A stretch of 63,967 nt of DNA, counting the filler, from Reclinomonas americana ATCC 50394 (Eukaryota), in NCBI GenBank assembly GCA_048213135.1. It is 7 parts of 4 records of this genome, joined end to end, with 100 filler letters (N's around TTAATTAATTAA, not from the genome) between each part and the next. Parts side by side here need not be neighbours in the genome. Positions count along the whole stretch, not along the records: positions 23,038 to 41,007 come from PS015523.1; positions 41,108 to 51,502 come from PS015523.1; 5 more parts are not named here. The stretch is one strand, 5' to 3'. Shown piece by piece: positions 28,901-43,423 of the stretch. Numbering within the stretch: the first letter of the stretch is position 1; every line of letters begins with the position of its first letter. The translations under genes and the position numbers were made by a program. The notes below the pieces were generated by a model, which saw only the letters and a list, made by a program, of their open reading frames with translations, made no database searches and was not told where the DNA came from.

Positions 28901-30006
28901 TTGCGCACAGCCAGTTGCACAACAAACGGATTGACACTGTGAAGTGAGACTGTGCGTGTGGAGTGACAGCGTTCAGCACTCGCAGAGACCGTCAGCTTGC
29001 CGAGCCCGNNNNNNNNNNNNNNNNNNNNNNNNNNNNNNNNNNNNNNNNNNNNNNNNNNNNNNNNNNNNNNNNNNNNNNNNNNNNNNNNNNNNNNNNNNNN
29101 NNNNNNNNNNNNNNNNNNNNNNNNNNNNNNNNNNNNNNNNNNNNNNNNNNNNNNNNNNNNNNNNNNNNNNNNNNNNNNNNNNNNNNNNNNNNNNNNNNNN
29201 NNNNNNNNNNNNNNNNNNNNNNNNNNNNNNNNNNNNNNNNNNNNNNNNNNNNNNNNNNNNNNNNNNNNNNNNNNNNNNNNNNNNNNNNNNNNNNNNNNNN
29301 NNNNNNNNNNNNNNNNNNNNNNNNNNNNNNNNNNNNNNNNNNNNNNNNNNNNNNNNNNNNNNNNNNNNNNNNNNNNNNNNNNNNNNNNNNNNNNNNNNNN
29401 NNNNNNNNNNNNNNNNNNNNNNNNNNNNNNNNNNNNNNNNNNNNNNNNNNNNNNNNNNNNNNNNNNNNNNNNNNNNNNNNNNNNNNNNNNNNNNNNNNNN
29501 NNNNNNNNNNNNNNNNNNNNNNNNNNNNNNNNNNNNNNNNNNNNNNNNNNNNNNNNNNNNNNNNNNNNNNNNNNNNNNNNNGTCGATTGTCTGCGGCAAC
29601 TGCACGCACTTGATGGAGAGTAATCTGCGCAAAACAGTGAGGCAGTGAGAAAGAGCGAGCGCATACATGCGTGTCTGCGCGATCGCACCTCCCCAGCAAC
29701 CCTGCGCACGCACATGCACATGTGAGTCGCGATCACACTCTTCTCTTGTGCTCAATGAGACCGACCTTCTCCTGCGATCTCCACTTGCACTCGCTTGCGC
29801 TCCACCACTGTCAACTGTGGTGTTTGTCGTGGTGGCGACTGTGTGCGCTTGGTTGATGCAGAAGAAGAAGAGGAAGAAGAGGAGGAGGAAGTGTCTGATG
29901 TTTTTGAGGAGGCGGGAACTGCAAAGGCCGCGCTCACTCGAACGCGGACAAGTGCAGGCTTTGCGTTGGACTGCCCACTGCCACTCGCCCCTCCTCCATC
30001 GCTCAT
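25906..30006 (-). CDS. Phospholipase D family protein (two HKD motifs), multi-exon
   Basis: CRVLIDGHQVF..YYE, ALSRAKRSVSILGWEL, SCHHEKLVLVD (HKD1), AAERLVYIEHQY, IYVHSKLCIVDDRVMLTGSANMD (HKD2). 5' start (MSDGGGASG at 30006) is tentative and across a gap. Confidence 0.85.
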
Positions 30007-30074
30007 TCAAACACACAACGACAAACAAATGAACAGGACTTCTGTTGGTCGGTGTTGTCACCACAAGTGTCTCT

Positions 30075-33000
30075 TCAATCCTTATCCACAGACATGTTGC
30101 CACCATCGGCGTCCCTCTCATTGCCGAGGTCGATTGCGATTGGGACCAGAGGAATGGAAGGGTCGTCGGCGGTGACAAAGTGGATGGCGGAGGGTGCAGC
30201 GGCCCAGTCGAGCCAGTCTGTGTGCGCGTACAACTGTGAGTGACGACGACAACGACGGGTGTGGTGTTTTGGCGGAGGCGACCACGTACCGTAGAAGCGT
30301 CGAGTGTCAAAGATCGAGTTCTCCGTGCAGAATACGCGCCAGTGCTTGGACTGTGTAATTGTCGATGAGCACAGTGGCGGAGAGCAAGCAAAGCGATACG
30401 CGGACTGCGCAACATGCGAGTGGAAGAGTCGGCCGTTGACCTTGTCCTCCAGAGTCTGTGTCGCACGCGCGGGTGAGACAGGGGAACGATGAGCACGAAA
30501 ACACGCATGCGTGCACGCATCCGTACCGGCGGCTTGCCGAGTCGCAGCGTCAGCAGCTTCTCCACATACTCATTCAACATCCTCAGCAGTAGCCGCTTCG
30601 GCACCTTGTTCTTCAGCTTGAACTTTTTCGGCTCCGACACCACGTACGCCTGGGTGACTGGAGTGAGTAACGCATGCGTTCAGAGAAAAAANNNNNNNNN
30701 NNNNNNNNNNNNNNNNNNNNNNNNNNNNNNNNNNNNNNNNNNNNNNNNNNNNNNNNNNNNNNNNNNNNNNNNNNNNNNNNNNNNNNNNNNNNNNNNNNNN
30801 NNNNNNNNNNNNNNNNNNNNNNNNNNNNNNNNNNNNNNNNNNNNNNNNNNNNNNNNNNNNNNNNNNNNNNNNNNNNNNNNNNNNNNNNNNNNNNNNNNNN
30901 NNNNNNNNNNNNNNNNNNNNNNNNNNNNNNNNNNNNNNNNNNNNNNNNNNNNNNNNNNNNNNNNNNNNNNNNNNNNNNNNNNNNNNNNNNNNNNNNNNNN
31001 NNNNNNNNNNNNNNNNNNNNNNNNNNNNNNNNNNNNNNNNNNNNNNNNNNNNNNNNNNNNNNNNNNNNNNNNNNNNNNNNNNNNNNNNNNNNNNNNNNNN
31101 NNNNNNNNNGAGATATACGGAACAGACCTCCAGCGCCATGGCTCCCTCGTCACGAATCGGACTTGCACCTTCGACGCCGATTGCCGACAAGTCGAGCACC
31201 ATCATTTGACTCATGACGCCAACTCGCAGCAGATCGGCTGGCGAGGGCGCCGGTCGCGCACTGCGGTCGACCACCAGGATGCTGTTCTCCAGCATGCGCG
31301 CCCAGTCCGAGGAAACTCGCCACAATGTCGACATGTCGGCGAGCGAAAAGTAGGTGGCGATCAGACGCCATATGCTGCGCGGCACGTGCGTCCAGTGTTT
31401 GGAGACGGCCGGCGAACTCAAACACTCGAATTGCAGCTGCATTGCCGCCGCTGCGTGTGCCACGTGTTTGAGGGCAAGGATTGGGGGGAGACAACAATTA
31501 TGCAAAAATAATGTACCTTGCGGTGTCGGGCATCGCCGTCGTTGGGAGCGCTTGGTACCACCACGCTGAGGTGGCACAGGTACGGCGTTGGCATACGCCG
31601 CATCTGAAGCAATCAACTGTTGCACCTCCGACCGCAGTTGCTGGTACGGCACCAGCGCCACGTACATGACGGAGGATTGTGCAAACTGGACAAGTTCGCG
31701 GGAGGGCACGTGGCGGGAGGGTGGCATCTCGCGGGCCAGCGCCTCGAAGCGTTGTTGAATGGTCGGGACTGGGGAGGGGGTGAGAAGGGGGAAAGGGGGG
31801 AAGGGAGGGGAAAGAGGGGGAGAGAAAGGGAAAGAGAAGGGGGAAGAGAAGGGGGAAAGAGGGGGGCGGAGAAGGGGAAGGAGGGGGAAAGAGGGGGGAG
31901 GAGAACAGGAAGGAGGGAAGAAGGGGGAAGAGAGGGAGAGAAAGGGGAAGAGAAAGGGGAAGAGAAAGGGGATGAAAAAGGGGAAAAAGGGGAGGGGGAA
32001 GAGAGGGGGAAGAGAAAGGGGAAAGAGGGAGGAGAGAAGACCACAAAATCACATGCACGGAAAACAAGACCACAACTACTGGACGCAACAATTCTCACGA
32101 ATATGCATCAGCACTTTGCTGCAGCGTTGCCGGCGCTCCGCAAACATGACGCCGCAGAATTCGTCGGCTCGCGCCATCAATTCCTCCTCCAAGAAGGCCA
32201 AGGCTGCACTGTCGGGCGATTTCAAATTGTGTGCCAAGCACAAAAGGAGCGCAGTGTTGGCGTAGTTGCGGTGACCGTACGCCTCCAGTAAACATTCGTA
32301 GAGACGCTGAGATAACGAGAGAGAGAACATGTGAATCAGGCTGAAGCACACTCACAGCGCAACATTTCCTCGCCAGCACGCAACAGCAGGGGAGAGCGCG
32401 ACCGAGGTGCCGATCTCACTGTCGACCGACATGATGAGTTGCAGCGAGTCGCGGAACGACTCGAAAGGTAGGCGGGCGGAGGCGACTGCCAGCGGCGTGA
32501 GGCCAAGGTCATTCTCGGCTGTCAAGAGCCGCACAAGGCCATCACGATCGCACTCGTCGGAGAACTGCACACAACAAGTGAGTTGCGGGGAGAGAAACTC
32601 ACATGGACAACACATCCCACTCTACGTTACGCACGGTGCACAACAACAGTCGCACGGCCTCCAGCTCACATCCGCGCGGGTCGGAGAGAAGTGAGTGGAG
32701 CAGATTATTGCCGGCCGAGTCGCTCACCGAGGCCAACTGAGAGGCCGAGAGGAGAGTAGCGATACCGCCGGGTCGCAAGAGTTGCACAAACACCGCAGGT
32801 ACGTACACGGCTGCCAGCGTCAGCGGGCAGAAGCCGAGGCCGGAGACACGCGAATCGAGCAGCGCCTCGGAGAACGAGAAACCGTGCGTGGGGTGCTCGT
32901 CGTGGTCATACATCATTTCGAGCACGTCGTAGTCGCGCGCCGTGATGCTGAGGTGGAGGAGATGCGTGGCGGCCAATTGCGGCACACTCGGCACGTCGAA

Positions 33001-33178
33001 AAACGAGCACACGGCCAGGAGCCGCTCAAAGAGCACGCGCAGCAGCGGCGGCGCCTGCTGCATCGTGTCGGGACCGGCTGGCTCCGCACGCCGCATCGCC
33101 GAGGGGGAGGTGAGCAGGACGGCGTTCGGCGAGGTCTTGTCGGCACTCGCGGTGGCTGTGGAGGGAGGAGGGGCCATG
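30075..33178 (-). CDS. Ankyrin-like repeat + F-box + LRR-like protein, multi-exon; boundaries uncertain
   Basis: DSAGNNLLHSL and NDLGLTPLAVA (ankyrin-like); WTHVPRSIWRLIATYFSLADMSTLWRVSSDWARM (F-box); VLDLSAIG..IRDEGAMAL (LRR-like). May extend 5' to about 34850. Confidence 0.55.
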
Positions 33179-33779
33179 AGAGAGCAGGAGGGCAGATCGA
33201 GATTCGAGATGGCGCGCAACTCGAATTTCGTGGTGTTCCCGGCGACTGCATCGGCTCCACGGGCATCACGGAGGGCGCCACTGGTAGTGGTTTGTGGTTG
33301 GTCACTGCGGCGACAAGGAGCAGAAAAAATGAGCGAGAATGTCAAAGAGCAACAAGTATAATTACAGAAACGCAACAAACGACGCGGACAAAGCGGCGAG
33401 ACCGCCATATGACGCCACTGATCTCCTGACAAAGCAGACAGCAGAGGCAGCTGGCGGCGGCATCTCCAAGGCCTTGCAGCATCACTTGCAGCTTCGAGTC
33501 CGTCAGGTGTGGACGACCCACGGGGCGAATGGAACTCTGTGGCACGGGTCGGGACAAAAGCATATATTGAACAAGGCAACCAGGCAGACGAAAGACGAAA
33601 AGGAAAAGGGAGGGAGGGCATGGGAAAGAGAGAAGGACGAGGGAGGAATAGAGAGAGAGAAAAAGGGAAGGCATGAGAAATGGAGAGGAGAGAAAACATG
33701 GTGGAATATGATAAAATCGACGATACGGAGAGGCCGCGCACGGAACAATATTATGAGAAGCCAACTGCAACAAACGCTT

Positions 33780-34365
33780 CCTCCAGAGAGCAGCAGGCAC
33801 GAGATTGAAAGCAATGAAAAGACACACCTCGACCATCGACACGCACGACAAACCAAGACAGACCAAGAAGATAAAGAGATGCGGAACAATATATCACAAA
33901 ACAGCCAACTGCAACCTCAGGACTCCACGCACAGACACACGCACGCGGGTACGCAAGGCAGAGAAGACAGATGCACGCATGCTGAGAGCACGACAAACAT
34001 GCCAGAACACGAGGATACAGAGAGGGAATGCGCTTGGAACAATAACCACAAAAAAAGAGCCAACTGCAACCGCACTACTCCACGCACATGCGTGCAACCA
34101 GCCTGGCAAGCAGCTGGCACGCAACCAAGGGAAAGAAGATAGACGCACGCACGCATGCAGAGAGCACGACAAACATGACACACAAAGATGATACAGAGAG
34201 GGACCGCACGCGGAACAATAAAACCACAAAAAAGAGTCAACTGCAACCTCGCGACTCCACACACAAGCGCGCAACCAGCCTGACAAGCAGCTGGCACTCA
34301 AACGAGACACATCAGACAGACAGACGTGCATGCGTACAGAGCACGACAAACATGACAGACAAGGA
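33780..34365. repeat. Degenerate tandem repeat, about 180 bp unit, 3+ copies
   Basis: gagagcacgacaaacatg..a...gatacagagaggga..gc.c..ggaacaata..cacaaaa...gccaactgcaacc.c..actccac recurs near 33885, 33985-34080, 34160-34260 and 34338. Confidence 0.75.
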
Positions 34366-34411
34366 GGGCTCTCCTGACAAACCAACCATTTCGACTGAAC
34401 CACGCGTGCGT

Positions 34412-34442
<31 letters not shown>

Positions 34443-35299
34443 ACACACACACAAAAGAGAGAAACGAAACACATGCCTCGGAAAGTACAAGACAATCAGT
34501 TTGCCTGAAATGCACGGAATTTCTCACACTCTCCCCCTCACACAACTCACCGACACAGCATGCATACACTCTGTGGAATCCGCACAGACGACTCCCAGTG
34601 TGGCCCAGTGTGACTCAGCACCAAAGCGGAACTCGATTGGGTGCGACTCCCGCGCGCGCACATACAACAACGCAGGCACACATTCCGCGACTTTTCGCGC
34701 CGACACGAGCGTCTCCACTGAGGTTCCCGGACGCAGCACTGCTGCAGTCGGCGCATGCGTGGTCCCAATTGAAGTCCCCTGCTGCAGCAGTGGAGAGACG
34801 AGAAGCCAGGCGCGCTCAGGTGCGCTTTGCATGCTGATGACGTCCATTCACGCTCGTGCGCGCGCGCTCTCTCTCTCTCTCTGTGTATGTGTGTCAGTGT
34901 GTGAGTGAGAGTGTCACGCATAAAATGTGCGGGGTGAATCATGCATTGTGAGCGCGCGAAGAGTTCGGTCAAGTGTCACGTGAGCAAGAGTGAGAGTGGA
35001 GAGAGTGTGTGTGAGAGAGAGAGAAAGAGAGAGAGACGCAACTTGTGTGTAAGAGAGATGGACTTGTCGCAGAAAACAAAACAAAAAATCGCGCGGAAAT
35101 TTGGGTGCGAAATTTCGTTTCTTCTCGAGAAGCTGGATCCGTCGCTGATAGCACACACAGCTGCAATAGCGATTGCCGACTCCTCCGTGAGCCACGCACC
35201 AGACACGGAGAAATCTCAGCGGCAAGGGACAGAAGGCCGACGTTTGCGCCGTGGACAGTCCCGGCGTCCCGTGCGGCGAGGTCGATATCGACTCACACC

Positions 35300-37975
35300 A
35301 TGAAACCCGCGCACAAGGATGGTGGCGGCTTCTTGCGCAAGTTGCCACTGGTGGGCGACATTGTAAACATGCCAGTGCGCGAGGTCTGGTTGCAGAAGAG
35401 AGAGTGCGTTTGTGTTGTCACATGGCCATCTCCTCTCGTGAAAGTGACACTTGTCACTCGTCTTGTGTGAGTTGCATTGCAGCAGTCATGAGAGAGACTT
35501 GTGAAGCTGCACTTGTCACTTGTGCACTCTGCAATGTGTGCGTGTGTGTGTGAGAGAGAGAGGCTGCAAAGTGCAAGGGACTATGAGGCGAAAGCGTATT
35601 CTCTCTCACTCGCGCACACACACTCTCTCCCTCCCTCCCTCCCTCCCTCCCTCCCTCCCTCTCTTTCTCTCCCTCTCTCTTCTTGCTCTCACCCCTCCTT
35701 CTTCTTCTTCATCTCCGTCCACCCAGGTTCTTCTCCAAGTGCTTCAACTGGCCATGGTTGTGTGCTCTGCGCTGGCCGTGTGGAAGGCTCTGGTGGTCGT
35801 CAGTGGGAGTGACTCACCCGTGGTGGTTGTGCTCTCGGGATCAATGGAACCGGCGTTTCAGCGCGGTGACTTGCTGCTTCTGACGCATGCCAAGGCGCGA
35901 CGGGCGACGCACTCGAGCGAGTACTTGAAGGACGGGGAGGCGAATGGGTATCAGGTCGGCGATATCATTGTGTTCAAGTTGGATGGGAGGGATATACCGA
36001 TTGTGCATCGTATTATTCGCGTGCATACGAGGTGAGAAGGAGGAGAAGGATGAGGTGCTCCTGTGTGTATGGAGGGGCTTGAGTGAGGGAGGGAGAGAGA
36101 CAGAGAGAGCGTGTTTGGGCTTGAGATGCAGGCGCATGACGATGGTGATACGCTGCTAAGGGTGTACACCGGTGTTGAGCAGAAAGAGAGGCTGGAGCAA
36201 TGCGAGATGAGGCAAACACTATGACGAACGCAAGCGCAAAACGAGAGGGAGACAAACTGAGAGCGAGAAGTCGAGTTTGCAGGCACTGGACAATGTTGGC
36301 GTGTTGCTGAGGGTGCACAGAAGACAGAGGCAGAGTGAGGAATATAGACTGTGGCAACCGAAGGCGTACTGCGAGAGAGGGGGATAGAAATGTGTTTGTG
36401 ATTCCAGACACAAGGCGGTGTTGGAGTTTGGGCACGGACACGGAGAGAGTGAGGCGCAGAGTATGGCGAACACAAATACAGAGTGGGGAAGAAACGACGT
36501 GTTTGTGTTGAAGGTGCACCGAGTTAGGATACGGACATGGAGAGGGAGACGCAAGCAGACTGTGGCAAACGCAACTGCATTGCGAGAGGGGGAGAGGCGA
36601 GACACATAGCTTGACAGGAACACGCTGCGAGGGGGAGAAAACGTGTTTGGATTCCATGCACGAAGAGTTGAAGGGGGAGTCCGTGTGAGCGACAAGATAG
36701 AGGACAAACCAAGTGAGGGACAGAGTGTTGTTGTAGTTCTGCATTGGAGTGCTGCGTATTCTCATGCGAGAGAGAAAGTTGAGATTGCAGGCACGGGAAT
36801 GTATGAGTGACTGGCGACTGGGCACAGCGAGAGAGGGAAGAAAGGGATGGCAACTCTGGATTGTACATCCCCCAGGGGCGCGTCATTGAAGACATCAATC
36901 TCTTGCCTNNNNNNNNNNNNNNNNNNNNNNNNNNNNNNNNNNNNNNNNNNNNNNNNNNNNNNNNNNNNNNNNNNNNNNNNNNNNNNNNNNNNNNNNNNNN
37001 NNNNNNNNNNNNNNNNNNNNNNNNNNNNNNNNNNNNNNNNNNNNNNNNNNNNNNNNNNNNNNNNNNNNNNNNNNNNNNNNNNNNNNNNNNNNNNNNNNNN
37101 NNNNNNNNNNNNNNNNNNNNNNNNNNNNNNNNNNNNNNNNNNNNNNNNNNNNNNNNNNNNNNNNNNNNNNNNNNNNNNNNNNNNNNNNNNNNNNNNNNNN
37201 NNNNNNNNNNNNNNNNNNNNNNNNNNNNNNNNNNNNNNNNNNNNNNNNNNNNNNNNNNNNNNNNNNNNNNNNNNNNNNNNNNNNNNNNNNNNNNNNNNNN
37301 NNNNNNNNNNNNNNNNNNNNNNNNNNNNNNNNNNNNNNNNNNNNNNNNNNNNNNNNNNNNNNNNNNNNNNNNNNNNNNNNNNNNNNNTCTCACCTTCTCT
37401 CTCTCTCTCTCCCTCTCTCTCTCTCTGTGCCCCTCTCCTCTTCCTCTCACTTCTCCCTGTCACGCCGTCGTAATTCCTCGCTGGTAGTTGCCCGATCCTT
37501 CACTCGCTGCGTTCTTCCCTTTCAGTCTCTCTCTCCATTCTCCCTCTCCCTCTCCCTCTCCCTCTTCCCTCTTCCCTCTTCTCTCTCTCCCTCTCGCTCT
37601 CCCTCTCCCTCTCGCTCTCCCTCTCTTCTGTCTCCCTTCATCTCCCTTGCCCTCAATTCCCTCTCTCCCCCACCAGCGCCGACGGCAATGTCAAGCTGCT
37701 GACCAAGGGCGACTGGAACAAGTTCGACGACCGCGAGTTGTACGGTCGCAACCAGCTGTGGCTGGACGACTCGAACGTCATCGGCACTGTGCGAGCGTTG
37801 CGTCTCTCCACCCGAGTCGCCTCACTCTTCTTCTTTATCCTCACTCACTCACTCGCCTTGCAGCTACGTACCCTTCATCGGCAAGCTGACGATCCTGCTG
37901 AACGAGAACCCCAAGATCAAATTCGTGGTCCTCGGTCTCATCGCCGCCATTGTCCTCCTCACACAAGAACGCTGA
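35300..37975 (+). CDS. SEC11: Signal peptidase complex catalytic subunit SEC11 (4 exons)
   Basis: SDSPVVVVLSGSMEPAFQRGDLL, GDIIVFKLDGRDIPIVHRI, LLTKGDWNKFDDRELY, YVPFIGKLTILLNENP; stop 37973-37975. Confidence 0.95.
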
Positions 37976-38627
37976 GTAATGAAGCGCGCGCGCGTCGCCG
38001 CCCGGTAGAAAACGTCGACGTCGGAATCTCCGCATCTTTGCATATTCTCACTCGCACACTGAAGGAAAAGAGAAGGAGCTCACATGCGTGTTGGAGGAGG
38101 GAAGCCGAGGTGCGCTTTCTCGACGCATCACGCGCACACGAGCAGTTGCAAGCAAGAAGTGACCGTTTCAAGAAAGTGCATCTGACAAAAAAACTCGCGC
38201 GCGCGGATAGTGTGGACGTAAAGAGGAGGAACGCGTTGTCTTGTTTGCTTGACCGGCGTTGGGCGTGCTTCATTCCGCAACAAAACAAACAAATGCTCAC
38301 AGGACGGGTTTGTCCGCCAGTTACTTTTTGGCAAAGTGCCACAAACGCCATGCTTCTCCGTCCAGTCGTTCAACTGGTAAGCCCAGCTCTCTGTTTCACA
38401 CAGAACAAACGCAGTGTTGAACAAAAAAGTATGTGTGAGTGAGCGAGAGAAACAAAAAACACAGTGCGAAATGTCCATGTGCGCACCTTTTCCGCATACC
38501 AGCTCTCTCTCTCTCTCGCACACACACTCTCTCTCTGTTAATCATTATATGCACTCTCTCTTTTCCACACGCGCACACACACGTTCTTTGTTGCACATAG
38601 TTGAAAAAATGATTCGTTACAAAAAAG

Positions 38628-41565
<2,938 letters not shown>

Positions 41566-41818
41566 TCAGCCGGTTGCGCTTTTTTTTGTGGGGTCACGTC
41601 TGTTGGTCGCCGCCGGCCCTCGTCAAGCACGTTTTCCAGTCTCTTTTATCCTGCGAGGGCGGTGGTGGTGGTGGTGGTGATGGTGGTGGTGGTGTTTTTC
41701 TGTCTCTATTATTGGGTCGCGTCCCTCCTCGTGATGGGATGCAGCAGCTGCAGTCACATGTGGCACAACCTCCTTTTTTTGTTTCCTCGGATGTAAGCAA
41801 AGGAACATTATTGTGTGT

Positions 41819-43346
41819 TTACCTAGCCACGTCTTCGTCGTCCTCTTCCCTTCCCTCCTCTTCTTCCGGTACGCGGTCACCGTAAATGTGACACAGCAGC
41901 ACCGTCTCCTCCATGGACGGCAGCGACGGTTCCGGCAGCAACTCAGCGGCACCGGTGCCCGTCCACACCGCTGTACATGTGTACGGCGCGCACACTTGCC
42001 CGTGCTTGCGGCACTTTACGGAACCCGGCAGCAGCACACCATTCGCTCCCGACAAAATCACATCCACCGTCCGCCGCCACACATCCACGCCACGACGCGC
42101 GACCACTGCCGCGGAACCCGCAGTCGGTGATGATGATGACGATTCACCTGCAGATGCCGACCGTGGCCGTTGTTGGTGCTTCTGCTTCTTGCCGCCACTC
42201 GTCCACAGCGGAATGTCACTCCAAAAATCGCGCACCTCCGCATGCAGCCGGTGCACGAGACGTTCCTCGAACGCGCCCTGCGCCTCCTTGCTCATGTACA
42301 CGTGCGGAAACACCAAGTGGAACCCATCGCGGCCCATGCGCGGTGGGAAATGCTGCGCGCGCAGCATGAGGTACGGATCCGGTCGTGACAGGCACAACAC
42401 CTGCGAGGTGTCTACAACGCTGCCCTCCTCCTGCAACAGCGCCACGCACTCCTGCGCCAGCTGATGCGCGTGCTCCAGCGTCCAGTGCCTCGTCGGTGAC
42501 TCGTCCGAGCTCAGCTCAAAGTACAGATCGACTGTCGAAGACAACATGAGGCGGGAGGATGTCAGAAACTGTGACTCGCAGCGACTCACCATCGACCACC
42601 AAGCGATACAGCGCACTGCGAGTCAACAACAAGGCCAGTCGCACAAGTCAGCGACAGAAGGGGGAAAGCAAGGAGAGGGCAGCAGAGAAACGCCTTCTCA
42701 GTTTCTCCCCTGATCTCCAAAGGCAATGTTTGTCTCTGCCTGCCTCCCTTCTCCTCCCCTTCTCCCTTCCTTCTCCCTCTCTTCTCCCTCCCTTGCCCCT
42801 TTCACTTCTCCTCCTTTTCTCTGTCTCTTCTCCCTCTCTTCTCCCTCCGTTCTCCCTCCCTTGCCCCTTTTCCTTCTCCTTCTCCCTCCCGTCTCCTCCT
42901 CTTCTCCTCCTTTCTCCTTCACCTTCTCCTCCTTTTCTCCTTCCCTTCTCCCTTCTCCCTCCCTTCTCCATCCCCCACGCAACCGATGATGCACAGTCAT
43001 CTCCACCACATCCAGCGGATTGCTCTCGACATCACACAACAGTTGTCTCTCTTGCAGCGCCTGCGCGATTGCCGCGTAATCACGCACAAACTTGTCATGC
43101 TGCGACCAGGGAATGTGCAGACGACCTCCTCCCATACGCAGATGCGTGATCACTGGGAGGGATGAAGAAGAAAGTTGTGAGTCACATCGACCTTGTGAGG
43201 GGGTGGGAGATGCAGAAAGTGGACTTTGTGCAACTTCTGCCCTCGTGGTTGAATCTGCGCAGCCATGAGTTGATCACAGCGCGCACCTCCTCGCCCGCAC
43301 TCACTTGCCGCACTTGCTCGGCCACTTCGCTCTCCACCGATGACAT
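41819..43346 (-). CDS. Stand-alone archaeo-eukaryotic primase (AEP/PrimPol) domain of NCLDV primase type, 4 exons
   Basis: Spliced product ITHLRMGGGRLHIP..HDKFVRDY..RALYRLVVD|VDLYF (DxD)..RDGFHLVFPHV (His motif)..TVDVILSGANGVLLPGSVK..PY. These motifs resemble the N-terminal AEP domain of giant-virus D5-like primase-helicases. Confidence 0.7.
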
Positions 43347-43423
43347 GAAAAGAAAAACAAGCCAAGGAAGGACAGGACAGCATTTGTCGCTTCGTTGCCT
43401 TTGCTTCATTGTTGTGATTGGAG

